This document shows, in pieces, positions 27,018-39,214 of a stretch of DNA of 64,000 bases (positions within the stretch are counted from its first letter, which is position 1; each line of letters starts with the position of its first letter). Source of the stretch: Octopus vulgaris (taxonomy: Eukaryota); the NCBI GenBank assembly GCA_951406725.2, contig OX597831.1, positions 60,760,001 to 60,824,000 of the forward strand, in the 5' to 3' direction. The notes below the pieces were generated by a model. The model saw only the letters and a program-made list of their open reading frames with translations, searched no databases and had not been told where the DNA came from. Made by a program: the position numbers and the translations under genes.

Positions 27018-27358
27018 CTGTATATATATATATAGAGAGAGAGAGAGAAAGAGGGGGCAGAGAGAAAGAGAGAAAGAGAGAGATAGATAGCCAGACAGAA
27101 AGGCAGATACATATAGAAAAGAATGATTCATAAATAGATAGACGCGGACATACAGACAGACAGACGATGCGAAAGCGAGTGAGACAAATATACAGATACA
27201 CAGGTACATGTAATTTGTCGTGTTGGAACCGCATGAACTGTGATTCTAGCAGCTACGTTTTATATTCCATAAAAGAAAAATGAAACGCATGTATATGTGT
27301 TTGTGTGTTTTATTTAAGTGAGCGTGTATGTAAGTTGATATGTAACAATGTGTGCATC

Positions 27359-27390
<32 letters not shown>

Positions 27391-28153
27391 CATATATATC
27401 TTGCATGTTCAAATTCGTGTCCACAAATGATATTCATTTCAAGTGGATAAACGTGCAAAAATTATGATACAGGTCTATTTGCTTTTCACCCGCAAAGTGT
27501 TTTATGAAATATTTCAACCAAAGATTCGGTTTATGGCGACAGAAACGTGAATATGTTAAGAATAATGTTCTTTATATTTGTTTGGAATGTGCACCAACAT
27601 GGGGGCCGAGTTCATAGTGTCACTCACCCGTTAAGTATGTCAAAATATTTCTGTAGAATGTTAGATTTTTGGCGACATGATATCTGTGAATGTGTATTTG
27701 AACTTATATTTCATATTGAAAAATATATCTATATATTTCCCAGTTTAAAAGAAAATCACAAACACCGATAGTCTGAGTTTGAAATTTACAATGTTCATAG
27801 TATCTCCCCAATGACACTTTAGCTACTGATGTTGGTTGTCGCTTAATATTCAGATATTCATCCATTAAGTTGTATCAAAACATTGTTAAGGATATCTCAA
27901 AGTATATTTATGTTAGTGATATTTACTCGGAAAAAAGTATTTACATTTAATTTGATCTAAAACATCGTATATAGATATACCATAGATTTATATATTCTAT
28001 GAATGTTTTGCTGCGCAGAAGAAGTGAAGCACAGAATCAAAAGTTTAAAAGGTACACAGTGTAACATAAACTTTTTATTATATATATATATATATGTTGT
28101 AATTTTTATGATAATGTTCGTTGCATTCAGGATGTTTTCTTCGCTTTGAATTC

Positions 28154-28218
<65 letters not shown>

Positions 28219-29111
28219 GAGAAAAAGAGAGATACAGAGATACATATATATATATATAAGACAATTACAATGATTGCCGTGATTAGCACACTTCTATATG
28301 TTTTTATTTATTATATATACATCATATTTTATGTAAATATGTCCGATGCACGATTCTGCTGTATAGGTATCTTCTGTATAGGTATCTACATAGGTTACTT
28401 CATGCAAATATAATTGAAGTTGCATGTAATTACTCTGAACTGGTTATTAGTCAATGAAATATTATTCAGGATCCATCCTCTGACGTGATCTGAAGTGAAA
28501 TAAGCGTATGAATATTTAGCTCGCATTATACGAGTTCGCTATAGTTAATGAGTATAAACAACGTGCGAGCAGGATTTGGTGATAAGCAGAAATAGCATGA
28601 AACCGTTCGGACTGGTGATCCCGTCGTCTGTTAGAAGATGATAAGGGTTCGCTCCATTGCTTGCAATGTATAGTGAGTGCAGATTGCACCGATAACCATT
28701 TGGTGGGGGCTCTACCTGAGGCTAAATTTTACTCCTCAGTATGGCTACTACTTTAATTTATTATTTAAACTTTCCAAATGGCTGCTTTGCATATTGCAAT
28801 ATCAGTGACTGATTGCCGCTTAGTTTTCTATATATTTCAATCTGGACGGAATTCCTGCTGTCTCTAACACTGAATATTAGCAGAAATAGCCCGAAACCGT
28901 TCAGTCGTCTGCTAGTATATTGTAGGGGTTCGCTCTCCTGCTTGCAATATATCCTGCGTGCAGATAGCAGAGCTAACCATCCGTCGGGGGCGCTGCTTAT
29001 GGTTAAAGCGTAGAAATTTTAAACAGCCATCTTGTTGTGGGGATAATCATTACATCTTGGTGTAATTAATACTTTCATCTCCCATTGAGATTTTTTAAGT
29101 AGGTACTTTAC

Positions 29112-29172
<61 letters not shown>

Positions 29173-29344
29173 TATATAGAAATATATAAAGATATATATA
29201 CGTGTGTGTGTAACTATATAAATATATATATACACGCACATATATATATATATACGTGTATATATAGAGAGATAGATAGATACATTCATTCGTACGTACA
29301 TACATACCTACATACCTACCTACCTACATACATATATACATACA

Positions 29345-30737
29345 TTATGGCTTCCCCTTCGTTACCGAGTATGACCATTGCATGAAGCTTAACTGGTACT
29401 GGTGCTGTGATCGGATGTGACATTTTAGCCCAGCTAAAGTTCTACAATGTCTTGTACAAAATTGGCAACTAAAACCTTTACTGGTAATAGCCGGCTGTAG
29501 TTGTAACTGGGCTTCATGTACCTTTGCATGTCGTTTACGTCCCCCTGCCCAATTACACCCTCTTCCACATGCCCGACATATATGATTAGTATGGTGTGCT
29601 ACAACACCACCAGTGGCCAGGTTGTCACTCATCTGTCTCATGTTATGACTACGAAGATGACTCTTGAGTCCAGCTTTACTGAGGCAGGGTCTTGCACAGA
29701 CATTGCATGTCAGCATCAAAGAAAGATCCTTACCTTCTGCAAGTATAACTGCGATGCCCTTCCTGACACCCCTCCTTACTTTCTCATGTGCAAATCGAGA
29801 TTTCTCAAAAGTGGCTGTCACCTCATGCACAATCCTTCTCCATCTGCTACTATCAATAGCTATGCCTTCCCATGTGTCAGCAGAGATGCAAGCATCTCTT
29901 AAGGATGCCTTCAACAAGTCCTTATACTTCCTTTTTGGTTTATGTGGAGGTCGTTCTCCTTTAGCTAACTCTCCATAAAAGAGTTGTTTTGGCATCCTTG
30001 AATCCTTCATCCTGACCAGCTGACCACTCCGTCTGAGCCTTTGCTTTAACACAAGAGCTTCTATAATCTCACACGGAGAGCCTTCCAATATTTCAAGATC
30101 ACTGATGCGGTCCTTCCACTTAATGCTATAGATCCGTCTGAGGCACATCTGATGGAAATGTTCCAGTTGTTTAAGGTGGTATCGATATGTGACCCACGTC
30201 TCGCAGGCATAGGGAAGAGAAGGGAGCACACATGCCTTATACACATTTATCTTTGTCTTTCTGCACATTTCTCGCCGACTCCAGAGGCGCTTTTCTAGCC
30301 TTCCGAAAGCAACACTTGCTTTCCTAATTCTATATGGAATTTCATCATCCAAATTGCCATATCTATTAATAGTGCTTCCCAGGTAGACAAACTGATCAAC
30401 TACATCAAGTCGTTTACCATACACATAGATATTTGGTACACTATACTGCTTACCAGGGGCAGGTTGATGCGTGACAACAATTTTCTTGAGATTGACTGTC
30501 AATCCTAAGGCAATGCATCCATCAGAGAATGCATTCAAAATGTGTTGCATATCAATCTGTGTGGGTGCTACTAGCTCACAATCATCTGCATACAAAAGGT
30601 CTCTTATGATAGAGGTAAATACCTTTGTTTTTGCAGCAAGGCGCCTGATATTATATATGCTGCCAGATGTTCGATAATGGACGTAAACACCGTATCTGCA
30701 GTTTCTGAATGCAATAGAGAACACCATCGCGAAATAT
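29345..30737 (-). mobile_element. 5'-truncated RTE-clade (BovB-like) LINE; RT C-terminal half plus three C2H2-like zinc fingers
   Basis: Open frame with LLYADD, FVYLGS, ASVAFGRL, YACETW and RMPKQLFYGEL..G.R..PKRKYKD; embedded in (TACA)n/(TA)n. Confidence 0.95.
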
Positions 30738-33260
30738 ATGTATACATCCATACAAACATACATACATACATACATACATACACGTATACATAGAGAAAGA
30801 TATTGATAGATATATTTTAAGGCATGAAGTATTCCAGCGTCACCGACATTAATAGGAGGAAAAATGATGAGAGTTAACCACTCACTCCGTCACAAACACG
30901 TTCATATAAGTGACTGTGTTAAACTTGGTGATAATTAAGAATCGTAACTAATTATATCACAGTGAGATGTCAGTTTAGAACGTATGGAAACCAAACATAT
31001 GCTGCAAGGAAACTTACTTGGTCCACGATTTCAAATACCACGAAAGACATAAAACATTCTCTTCTTTGTTTCATATCTTTTAGATGTGAAAAAGATGTTT
31101 CAAATCTTTGAAGTAGTTTTCGATATTGGTATCACCTCCTGTAAACTTAATGTACCTCACCGTTTTTTTTTAAATATTTTTGTTACATCAGGAAATAATT
31201 ATATACTAATACAAAATATATATACTGCATATTACATATCTAGTAGTTAACAGATTTTCCTTCTGGTGCACATCGAACGTTATTTCTTTTATGTTTCAGA
31301 TTTGCTTATGCTGTCACTTTCATATCTGCTCCCCTGGCTGCCCCCCCTCTCTCTCTTCTCTTTCTATGCTAATTACGGAATTTATTTTTGTAGGAAAGCA
31401 TGCGTACTATTGGAACTCTGATGTAGAACATGAAACACAAATATAGCAGTTATAATTAAAGCTCAATATTTATACATACAAAGGATGAAATCCTCTATTT
31501 ATCTACTAAATTATATTCCATAATTCCACAAAGCAGTATACCTTCTACACTGTCGTTACTGCCCTTAAACACTATAATGTACTGATAATGGATTTTTATC
31601 TCGACACATGGCATACATTTTTCGGGAGATCTGTAATCATTTGAATCAAACCCGCTAAATTCATTATATTTAGTGAAAAATTGTAAGTGGAGAGAAATTT
31701 CAACTTTTTCAATCGCAAATATTTATAACTATATTTAACAAAATCCGTTTATCCGTTACTGCTTCTGTCCGCTGTCAGCGTTTAACTGAAGCTACGCGTT
31801 TACAAGTGACATGTTGTATGTTTTTAGTGCAATTTGTTGAAATGGCAGCCAGACTTCCCTTAAACCAGTCTTTCATCAAAGGAAACTACAGTATCGACAG
31901 CAACACCAACAATAAATTAGTAGAACAACAATAACGAGAACAACAACAACAACCATCCAGGAACACTGATGACGCTTAGAACCTATTTGCAACCTAATCA
32001 CTCAATTTGAACCAAATATATTCATCCTAAAATTTCAAACATAAGTGATGATAAATTTGTTATTTTTAACTTTAGGTAATTCATTACATACTTTCGTTCG
32101 GCTGGGCCATCCTTATTGGGTTTATGCTTAATCAATTGAGGGCCACAATGACCATGCCACACATTTAGACGCATTATTATTCAATAGAGTTTTCACTTCT
32201 TTTCCTAATTAGTACAATGAGATTTGAATAAAATGCGAGTGCCAATTGCAGTAGGTTTGTCGACCAAATATTCCCTATCAGTTTCTGACTAGTATTCGCC
32301 CCAACAATGTTATTCACTTTTGTTATAAGAACTGATTAATGTAGCACACGACGGAACGAAACTCAGCCTGCAAACTTGTGAGCTGATTACTGAGGAATAA
32401 CGAAAACGAAATGAGATGTGAACTTTGACAAGGATTCAGTGACAGAGAAAAGAAAGAAAGAAAGAAAGAAAAAGAAAGACAGACAGAAAAATGCGTTGGT
32501 GTTGTAAAGATGGATATGATGGTAATATAAACGATATAAAAGTATGAATAAAGATTGGTTAGGAAGAGTTAGGAAGACACGAAGGTGTATACAGAGAAAA
32601 AGATTCATAAATGAGACATGAGAGAATGTATGAAAGTATATATATATATATATATATATAAGTACACACACACGCGCACATTGATACATATGTATATATG
32701 CGTGTGTTTGTTTATGACCATGTGTTTGTGTGAGTAATTGTGTGTGTGTGTATATATATATATATAGTTTTAATCATACGAAAGGCGAAGACGAAATGTA
32801 TCGAGATGGTGTCCAGCAATCATATATATATTGCATTTGCAAATAACTGATATTCGACAATCAAAATAAATGATTTAAACACGCATACGTAGTTAACTGT
32901 TGACAGATAAGTGTCATTATTTTGCTTATATTGCTTGTTTATTCTGTTGTAAGGAATCGTATCGCATCTGCCTGTTATATTTACTCTCAGTTTCATTTCT
33001 AGTACTGTTATAATTGCTGCTATAAAATAGAGAATGGTAACATATCTTAAACTTGTACTCCACAGGAAAATCGCATATCGTGTATACAATTTATAAAAAG
33101 ACATTAACCCTTCGCTTTACACAAGTAATACATTCTAGGATTGCTTTAACACGGAATGAGTTTCCCCTTTTATTTTCATGTTAAAAAGTAGGAACGCACT
33201 CCAAAGAGTTTCTCTTTGAAAACAGAAAATAAAAACAGCACAATATGCATGAAAATAAAA

Positions 33261-33440
33261 GGCACGAGCTGGCAGAAACGTTAGTACGCCGGGCGGAATG
33301 CGTAGCCGTATTTCATCTGCCGTTACGTTCTGAGTTCAAATTCCGCCGAGGTCGACTTTGCCTTTCATCTTTTCGGGGTCGATTAAATAAGTACCAGTTA
33401 CGCACTGGAGTCGATATATTCAACTTAATCCGTTTTTCTG
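33261..33440 (+). mobile_element. SINE family A, 3'-truncated and fused to a Tx1-like LINE
   Basis: Head and core match up to cttaatccgttt, after which the RT reading frame follows. Confidence 0.9.
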
Positions 33441-35270
33441 GCGCAGGGGGGGGGGTTCTGCTACATTTAGACCAGTCTAAGGCATTTGATAGTGTCGACC
33501 ATCGGTACTTGGCGGCGATCCTCGGGGAGTCTGGCCTGGGCCCGACCTTTCGAGGTTGGATCGCTGCTTTGTATAGCGACATCGAGTCTGTGGTCAAGGT
33601 GAACGGCTTCCTTTCGAAGCCGTTCAGGATCGAGCGTTCAGTTCGTCAGGGGTGTCCCCTGTCTCCGCTTCGATATGCGTTGGCTCTTGAGCCCTTGCTG
33701 CGGAAGTTGGAGGCAATAGGGGGCGCACCGCATGATCTATGGTGTGGAAGAGGAGCTACGGCGTACGCGGATGACATCTCGATCATCGTGGCAGATGAGG
33801 ACCAGCTTCCAGTGGTGGAAGAGGCCAGCAAAAGCTACGAGGCGGTGGGAGGAGCAAAGTTGAACAAGGACAAGTCGGTCGGTTTGCAACTCGGCACCTG
33901 GAGAGGCAAGCCGATGCCGTCCAATAACGTCGTGGGGCGTTGGACGGAAGGTCCTGTTAAGCTGCTCGGAGTCTGGTTCAGGCCAGACATCCTGATAGAG
34001 AAAAAAATGGAGTGAGGTGGCCGGCAAGGTGACCGCTCTAACCCAAACCTAGTCTGGACGGGCGTTATCCCTGCTAGGGAGGGCGGAGGTGGTGCAGATA
34101 TTCATAGCATCAGTAGTCACCTACCGCCTGACCGTGGTGCCTTGCCCCGATTTGTGGCTGAACAATTTGGAGAGAATCCTTTTCCACTTTTTGTGGAAAG
34201 GAGGGAAGCCACTTATAAAGCGCTCTGTCTGCAGCCAGATACCGCTAAATGGGTGGGCTAGGGATGCCTTGGCTGAAGATGCGAAAGGTCGCGTTAAGGT
34301 TGAGGCACCTCTGGCTTTACTTGGATGGAGAACAGGTGTGGTCACCGCACGTTCGGTTCTACCTTCCGCGATTAACGTCCTTAAAGGACATTGGTAATTG
34401 GATCAAGCAGAGACCTAGGCTGGGGGACTGGCAATTGTAGTGCCGTCAGGCACTTCAGCTACTTTCTCGGGTGGGCAATGCCGACAACAGGAGTTCCACC
34501 GCGGATTTCTATAGCGGGTTAGTGGAGGTTAAGTCCGAAGACGCCTTGGGGGAGACCCTGGGCTACGATGAAAATCAGTTGACCAACCTGTTCCGGAGAA
34601 CGTTCGGGCCGGGGTACCTGGATAATTACCAGAAATCCCTGGCCTGGCAGTGTTTCCGTGCGGCGTTACCTGTTCTAGACAAGCTGTCAAGGCACGGAAG
34701 TGCCGTTTCGCCGACATGTCCGCGATATGAGCAGGATAGGGAAACGGTCTTGCACGCATTCGTGGAGTGTCCGGATTTATCGGGACTGATTGCTTTCGCC
34801 GAACAACTATTGTCACTCAGCAGGGAAAGGAAGGCTGGTTTTACCTGCGTAGTAGCCATACTGAAAGAAACAGTATGGAAGACGCGTACAAAAGGTATAG
34901 TGACAGGTACCTTTGTATCCGGCCAGGGAATGGTTAACTTTTTCAGTTACCACCTCGGTAGTAAGATCAGGCTGGAGAAGAGGTGTCTGTCACGAGATAC
35001 GTTTGCGAAAAGATGGAAGTCTGTAGCTTGCAAGCTGGGTATATCTGGCACAAGGTAAGTGTGGCCGGATCAAGAAGTAAAGGTTCTACCCAGATGGCTG
35101 GGATCCGTGCCCTACTGTATAATACCAAATTTTTAAAACTTTATATTGTAAATATTATATATATGTTATTGTAATCACCAACGTTTTAAGCTACTACACC
35201 CTATATGTTTGTCTGTATTTGTATGTCTCCTCTATATAACGCCTTAATGGCGAATCTTTCATGAAATAAA
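33441..35270 (+). mobile_element. 5'-truncated Tx1/L1-type LINE ORF2 (RT plus C-terminal CCHC region) with frameshifts and 3' UTR
   Basis: LDQSKAFDSVDH, RSVRQGCPLSP, AYADDI, GGLGMP and CPRYEQDRETVLHAFVEC; ends gccttaatggc...atgaaataaa. Confidence 0.93.
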
Positions 35271-35283
35271 TTAGCTTGCTAAC

Positions 35284-37595
35284 AGGTTGCTTCTACTTAT
35301 GTGCAAGTCAATGTGGTGCTGGACACCGAAGATGTAAGACGTGTTTTTGAAAGCCGTCTTAAATTGAAGACTTTTGAATACTCAGCCATAAGGTAAGAAT
35401 TTTGGGGGTCTAGTGGGGACCTGTTGTATGTTGCAAATTATTTTTACAAGCAAGAAGTCCTCACTAGACTCTGGCCTACCTGAGACTGAGTGAAAATATT
35501 CTCTTAATTGTGAAAATTATTGGTTTGGTGGGCGTATCCTGCCAAACTTTCGTTTGAAAATAGTGTTAAATTTTGGCCGTAACGGTGAATTGAGAATTCT
35601 TCTTGTGGGAGTATCTCGCAAGAAAATATAAGAATAAGCCACTTGGATTACCCTTTTGGATTACCTTTTGGACCAATTTTTGTGGAAGTTGTGTTCCAGT
35701 TGCGGCGTTCCAGGTTCAACTCAGGCCGGGAGTACGGTAAGGCGAGAAGATTTTTGCTGTGTTTTGCTGTTTATTGACTTTCTTTTGAACTTTATTTAAC
35801 TCCGCTTTTTGTTTTGTTTTTTGTTTATTGCGACTTTCCGTTGATTTCTTCCCTTCTGTTGTGCTTTCTCCTTTTTGGTTTTTCAAAAAATCTATCGAAT
35901 TTTATTTGGACTTTTGAACTTTTTTCTTCTCGCTTTTTAAATTTATTTTGAATATATTAAAAAAAAAACATAGCAATGAAAAATGACAAAATTTTGGAAT
36001 GGGAGATTATACCGCCTAAAAAGTGGTTAAAAGACCGTTAAGATAGGACGGTGGTGTTGAGAACCTACTCCAAGGCACTCGACACCATCGCGCTATTCGA
36101 AAAGACGGCAATTGAAAAGGAGTTGGCAGAGTATTTGCCAACAATTAAATACATTTCCAGGGGTGTCAGATATGCAACGGTGTGGTTGCTATTTGACACC
36201 CCTGAAGAGTCTTGCAAATTTGCTAGTAAAACCCTGGAGGGTAAGGAAATTTTATTTTTGCCCACGTACCATGGAAAGAGACTGACGAAAGCTTGGATTT
36301 GCGGGCTGCCACCAAGGATAAAACCCGAGTGGATAGAGGAGACTATCCGCCGGGGTCTGGGTAGCAGCGGAACTAAGCTTCTTAATGTGAAAGTTCTTCC
36401 TGCGGCTGTTTGGGTTGTTTCAAAAACCAATCTTGACCCTTTGGACCCAATCAGCCAATCTGGTTCTTCCAGAATTTTTGAAAATGGCCGGGTGCAGGTA
36501 CCCGGTGATACTTGAGGGTCGCCCCCCTAGGTGTCATCGGTGCTTGGAGTCCGGCCATATAAAGAAAAACTGTCCCCGGAACAAAATAGGATCCCAGAGA
36601 AGTTAAGTGAAACCCCTGTAGAAGAGGGAATGAAAACGGCCGAGGAAGCGGAGGACTCCTCAAACAGAGGCCGAAAGAGGAAGATGAGCAACAGTGGGTG
36701 ATCAACAAAGGATACTAGGGATGAGGAGGGAAAGGCGAATCTTCCGGCCACGGAGGAGACGCACCCTCCCTCAGTTGAAAAGAAAAAAGAGGAAGAGAAA
36801 CAGGACATTACCGGCAGTCGGTGACATAGTACCGGAATGTCCCGGAACCACGTCGGTTGGGGTTGTGCCACCGACAGGAGAAGAAACACCGTTAGCGGGA
36901 ACTGTGCCATCAAAGAAAGAATTGAATATCCCGCCCCCGAGGAAAAACGATGTATTGATCCTCTTCCATAGAGGCGGAGAGATTGAAAAGGTGATGGAAA
37001 AGCACCATAAAGGAACACCTTTAGCCTTCACACAGGACCCCGAATGGCCTACGCAGGTAGCTGTGGAGGCCGTGGCGTTCGATCTCGTGGCTGAAGGATC
37101 TCAATGAGGATTATAGCTTGGTCCCGGGCGACGCTAACTCAGAACTCGATTACATTCTGAGGGAGGCGTGGTGGATGGCGGAGGGTGCGGGCACAAGTTA
37201 TTTTGAGGACGTGTCATAAATTGTGATACGACTTGAGGGGCCCCGACGTAGCGCTGGCGCATTCCTAAGGGAAGTGTAAGCCAGGTCTGGGAGGAGGGGC
37301 TTTGTGTACTGTATTTATATCATATGTAATTATTGAACTATGTTGTTGTTAGTAATGGACTGTTAAGTCCAAAAATTGAAAATTTCTAAAAGTGGTAAGA
37401 GGTTTAATACCTAGTTTTGTGTTTGTTTTTAAAAGAACAATGTTTTAGAGAAGCAGAAATCAGGGGGGCGCTTTTTGTCTTTTCCCATCCCCATCATCTT
37501 TCTTTCATTATCATTCATTTCATTAATGTCCTCGTCCAGCCCGCAAAGCTAACTTACTCTATGTACTGCCTTTATGGCAAATGTTATGAAATAAA
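35284..37595 (+). mobile_element. ORF1-only (no ORF2) Tx1-like non-autonomous retrotransposon with 12-bp TSD TAGCTTGCTAAC
   Basis: TSD at 35272-35283 and 37597-37608; about 690-bp 5' UTR; ORF1; 3' end gcctttatggc...atgaaataaa. Confidence 0.8.
35976..37107 (+). pseudogene. Disrupted Tx1/L1-type ORF1 (gag-like, CCHC zinc knuckle, acidic/basic tail)
   Basis: ATG 35976 is in frame with track ORF 36051 across one stop (DR*DRTVVLR); a frameshift near 36415 leads to RPPRCHRCLESGHIKKNCP. Confidence 0.8.
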
Positions 37596-37995
37596 GTAGC
37601 TTGCTAACCAACCACATGGTTCCGGGTTCAGTCCCACTGCGTGGCATCTTGGGCAAGTGTCTTCTGCTATAGCCCCGGTCCGACCAATGCCTTGTGAATG
37701 GATTTGGTAGACGGAAACTGAAAGAAGCCTGTCGTATATATGTATATATATATATATATGTGTGTATATGTGTTTGTGTGTCTGTGTTTGTCTCCCTAGC
37801 ATTGCTTGACAACCAATGCTGGTGTGTTTACGTCCCCGTCACCTAGCGGTTCGGCAAAAGAGACAGATAGAATAAGTACTGGGCTTACAAAAGTCCCGGA
37901 GTCGATTTGCTCGACTAAAGGCGGTGCTCCAGCATGGCCGCAGTCAAATGACTGAAACAAGTAAAAGAGTAAAAGAGAGAGAGAGAGAGAGAGAG
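37596..37995 (+). mobile_element. SINE family C lacking its first approximately 24 nt (target of the Tx1-like insertions)
   Basis: Starts at gtagcttgctaaccaaccacatggttccgggttcagtccc; the intact head is visible at 45371. Confidence 0.92.
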
Positions 37996-38312
37996 TATTT
38001 CTAACCATAGATGCACATAAAATCATTTGAAATAATTACATTGGAAAGAAGATGAGAATCATATCAAATCAGGGTTTGTTATAACCACATATTCAGTGAG
38101 GAGTGTAGTGGAATAAGTGTTATTGGGAGGGTGTGGGATACTACCCCTTCGTCCTACACTCATCATCAATATCTATGTATGGGATTAAAAATTATCCAAA
38201 ATTCTTTGATGCTTAAAGTGTATCCGTTCTCTTTGTAAATACACTGCTGGAAATGAACTCGTTGTAAAGTTCCATAAATATTTCTAGGTTTCGTTTACAA
38301 GGTATACCAGCA

Positions 38313-39098
38313 AAATGCCGTTTGTATTCTTTTAACAGTCAAATTTTTATCAATATTATTTGTAATCATTTTTAGAAGTTGGTAGTATTTCCGTATTTTC
38401 ATCTACATACGCTGTCTGCTCTTCTTTTAACATTATTTGTTTGATAAAATATATGCGACACTGGCAACTTAAATACATAATCGGGTATGATATATTTAAA
38501 ACCTACATCATTCACAAGTGTCATAATATTTTCATATATACTTTTGCTTGTGGAAATGTTGTCTGACCTACATTTTTCCAAGCACAATTCTTCATTTCAT
38601 AACCCAGAATCATCTAACCGTAGTTTTACCATCCTTGTCAATTGCGTTCATAGATTATTATTATTTTCAAGTTATTCTCAGAACGTATGTCTTGAAATCG
38701 ACTATCAAAACTTGACCTAATAACTAAATAAGAAACGATATATTTATAGAATAAGTACTGGGCTTACAAAAGTCCCGGAGTCGATTTGCTCGACTAAAGG
38801 CGGTGCTCCAGCATGGCCGCAGTCAAATGACTGAAACATGTAGGTCAGACAACATTTCCACAAGCAAAAGTATATATGAAAATATTATGACACTTGTGAA
38901 TGATGTAGGTTTTAAATATATCATACCCGATTATGTATTTAAGTTGCCAGTGTCGCATATATTTTATCAAACAAATAATGTTAAAAGAAGAGCAGACAGC
39001 GTATGTAGATGAAAATACGGAAATACTACCAACTTCTAAAAATGATTACAAATAATATTGATAAAAATTTGACTGTTAAAAGAATACAAACGGCATTT
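38313..39098. repeat. About 261-bp apparently perfect inverted repeat (38313-38573 / 38838-39098)
   Basis: Identical peptide CRSDNISTSK...RADSVCR in track ORFs on both strands; ends aaatgccg / cggcattt. Confidence 0.93.
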
Positions 39099-39214
39099 AT
39101 TTATATTCTTATCTCGCATTATCACGAGGATCTTGGTGAATTGTCAAAAAGAATCAATCTTTTATTATTATCACTATTATTATCGTTATCATTATTGCCG
39201 TTATCATTGTTATT

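Noticed and set aside
33245-34015. Host gene encoding a 256-aa protein
   Set aside because: Chance in-frame fusion of SINE sequence and a truncated LINE RT; downstream frames are broken
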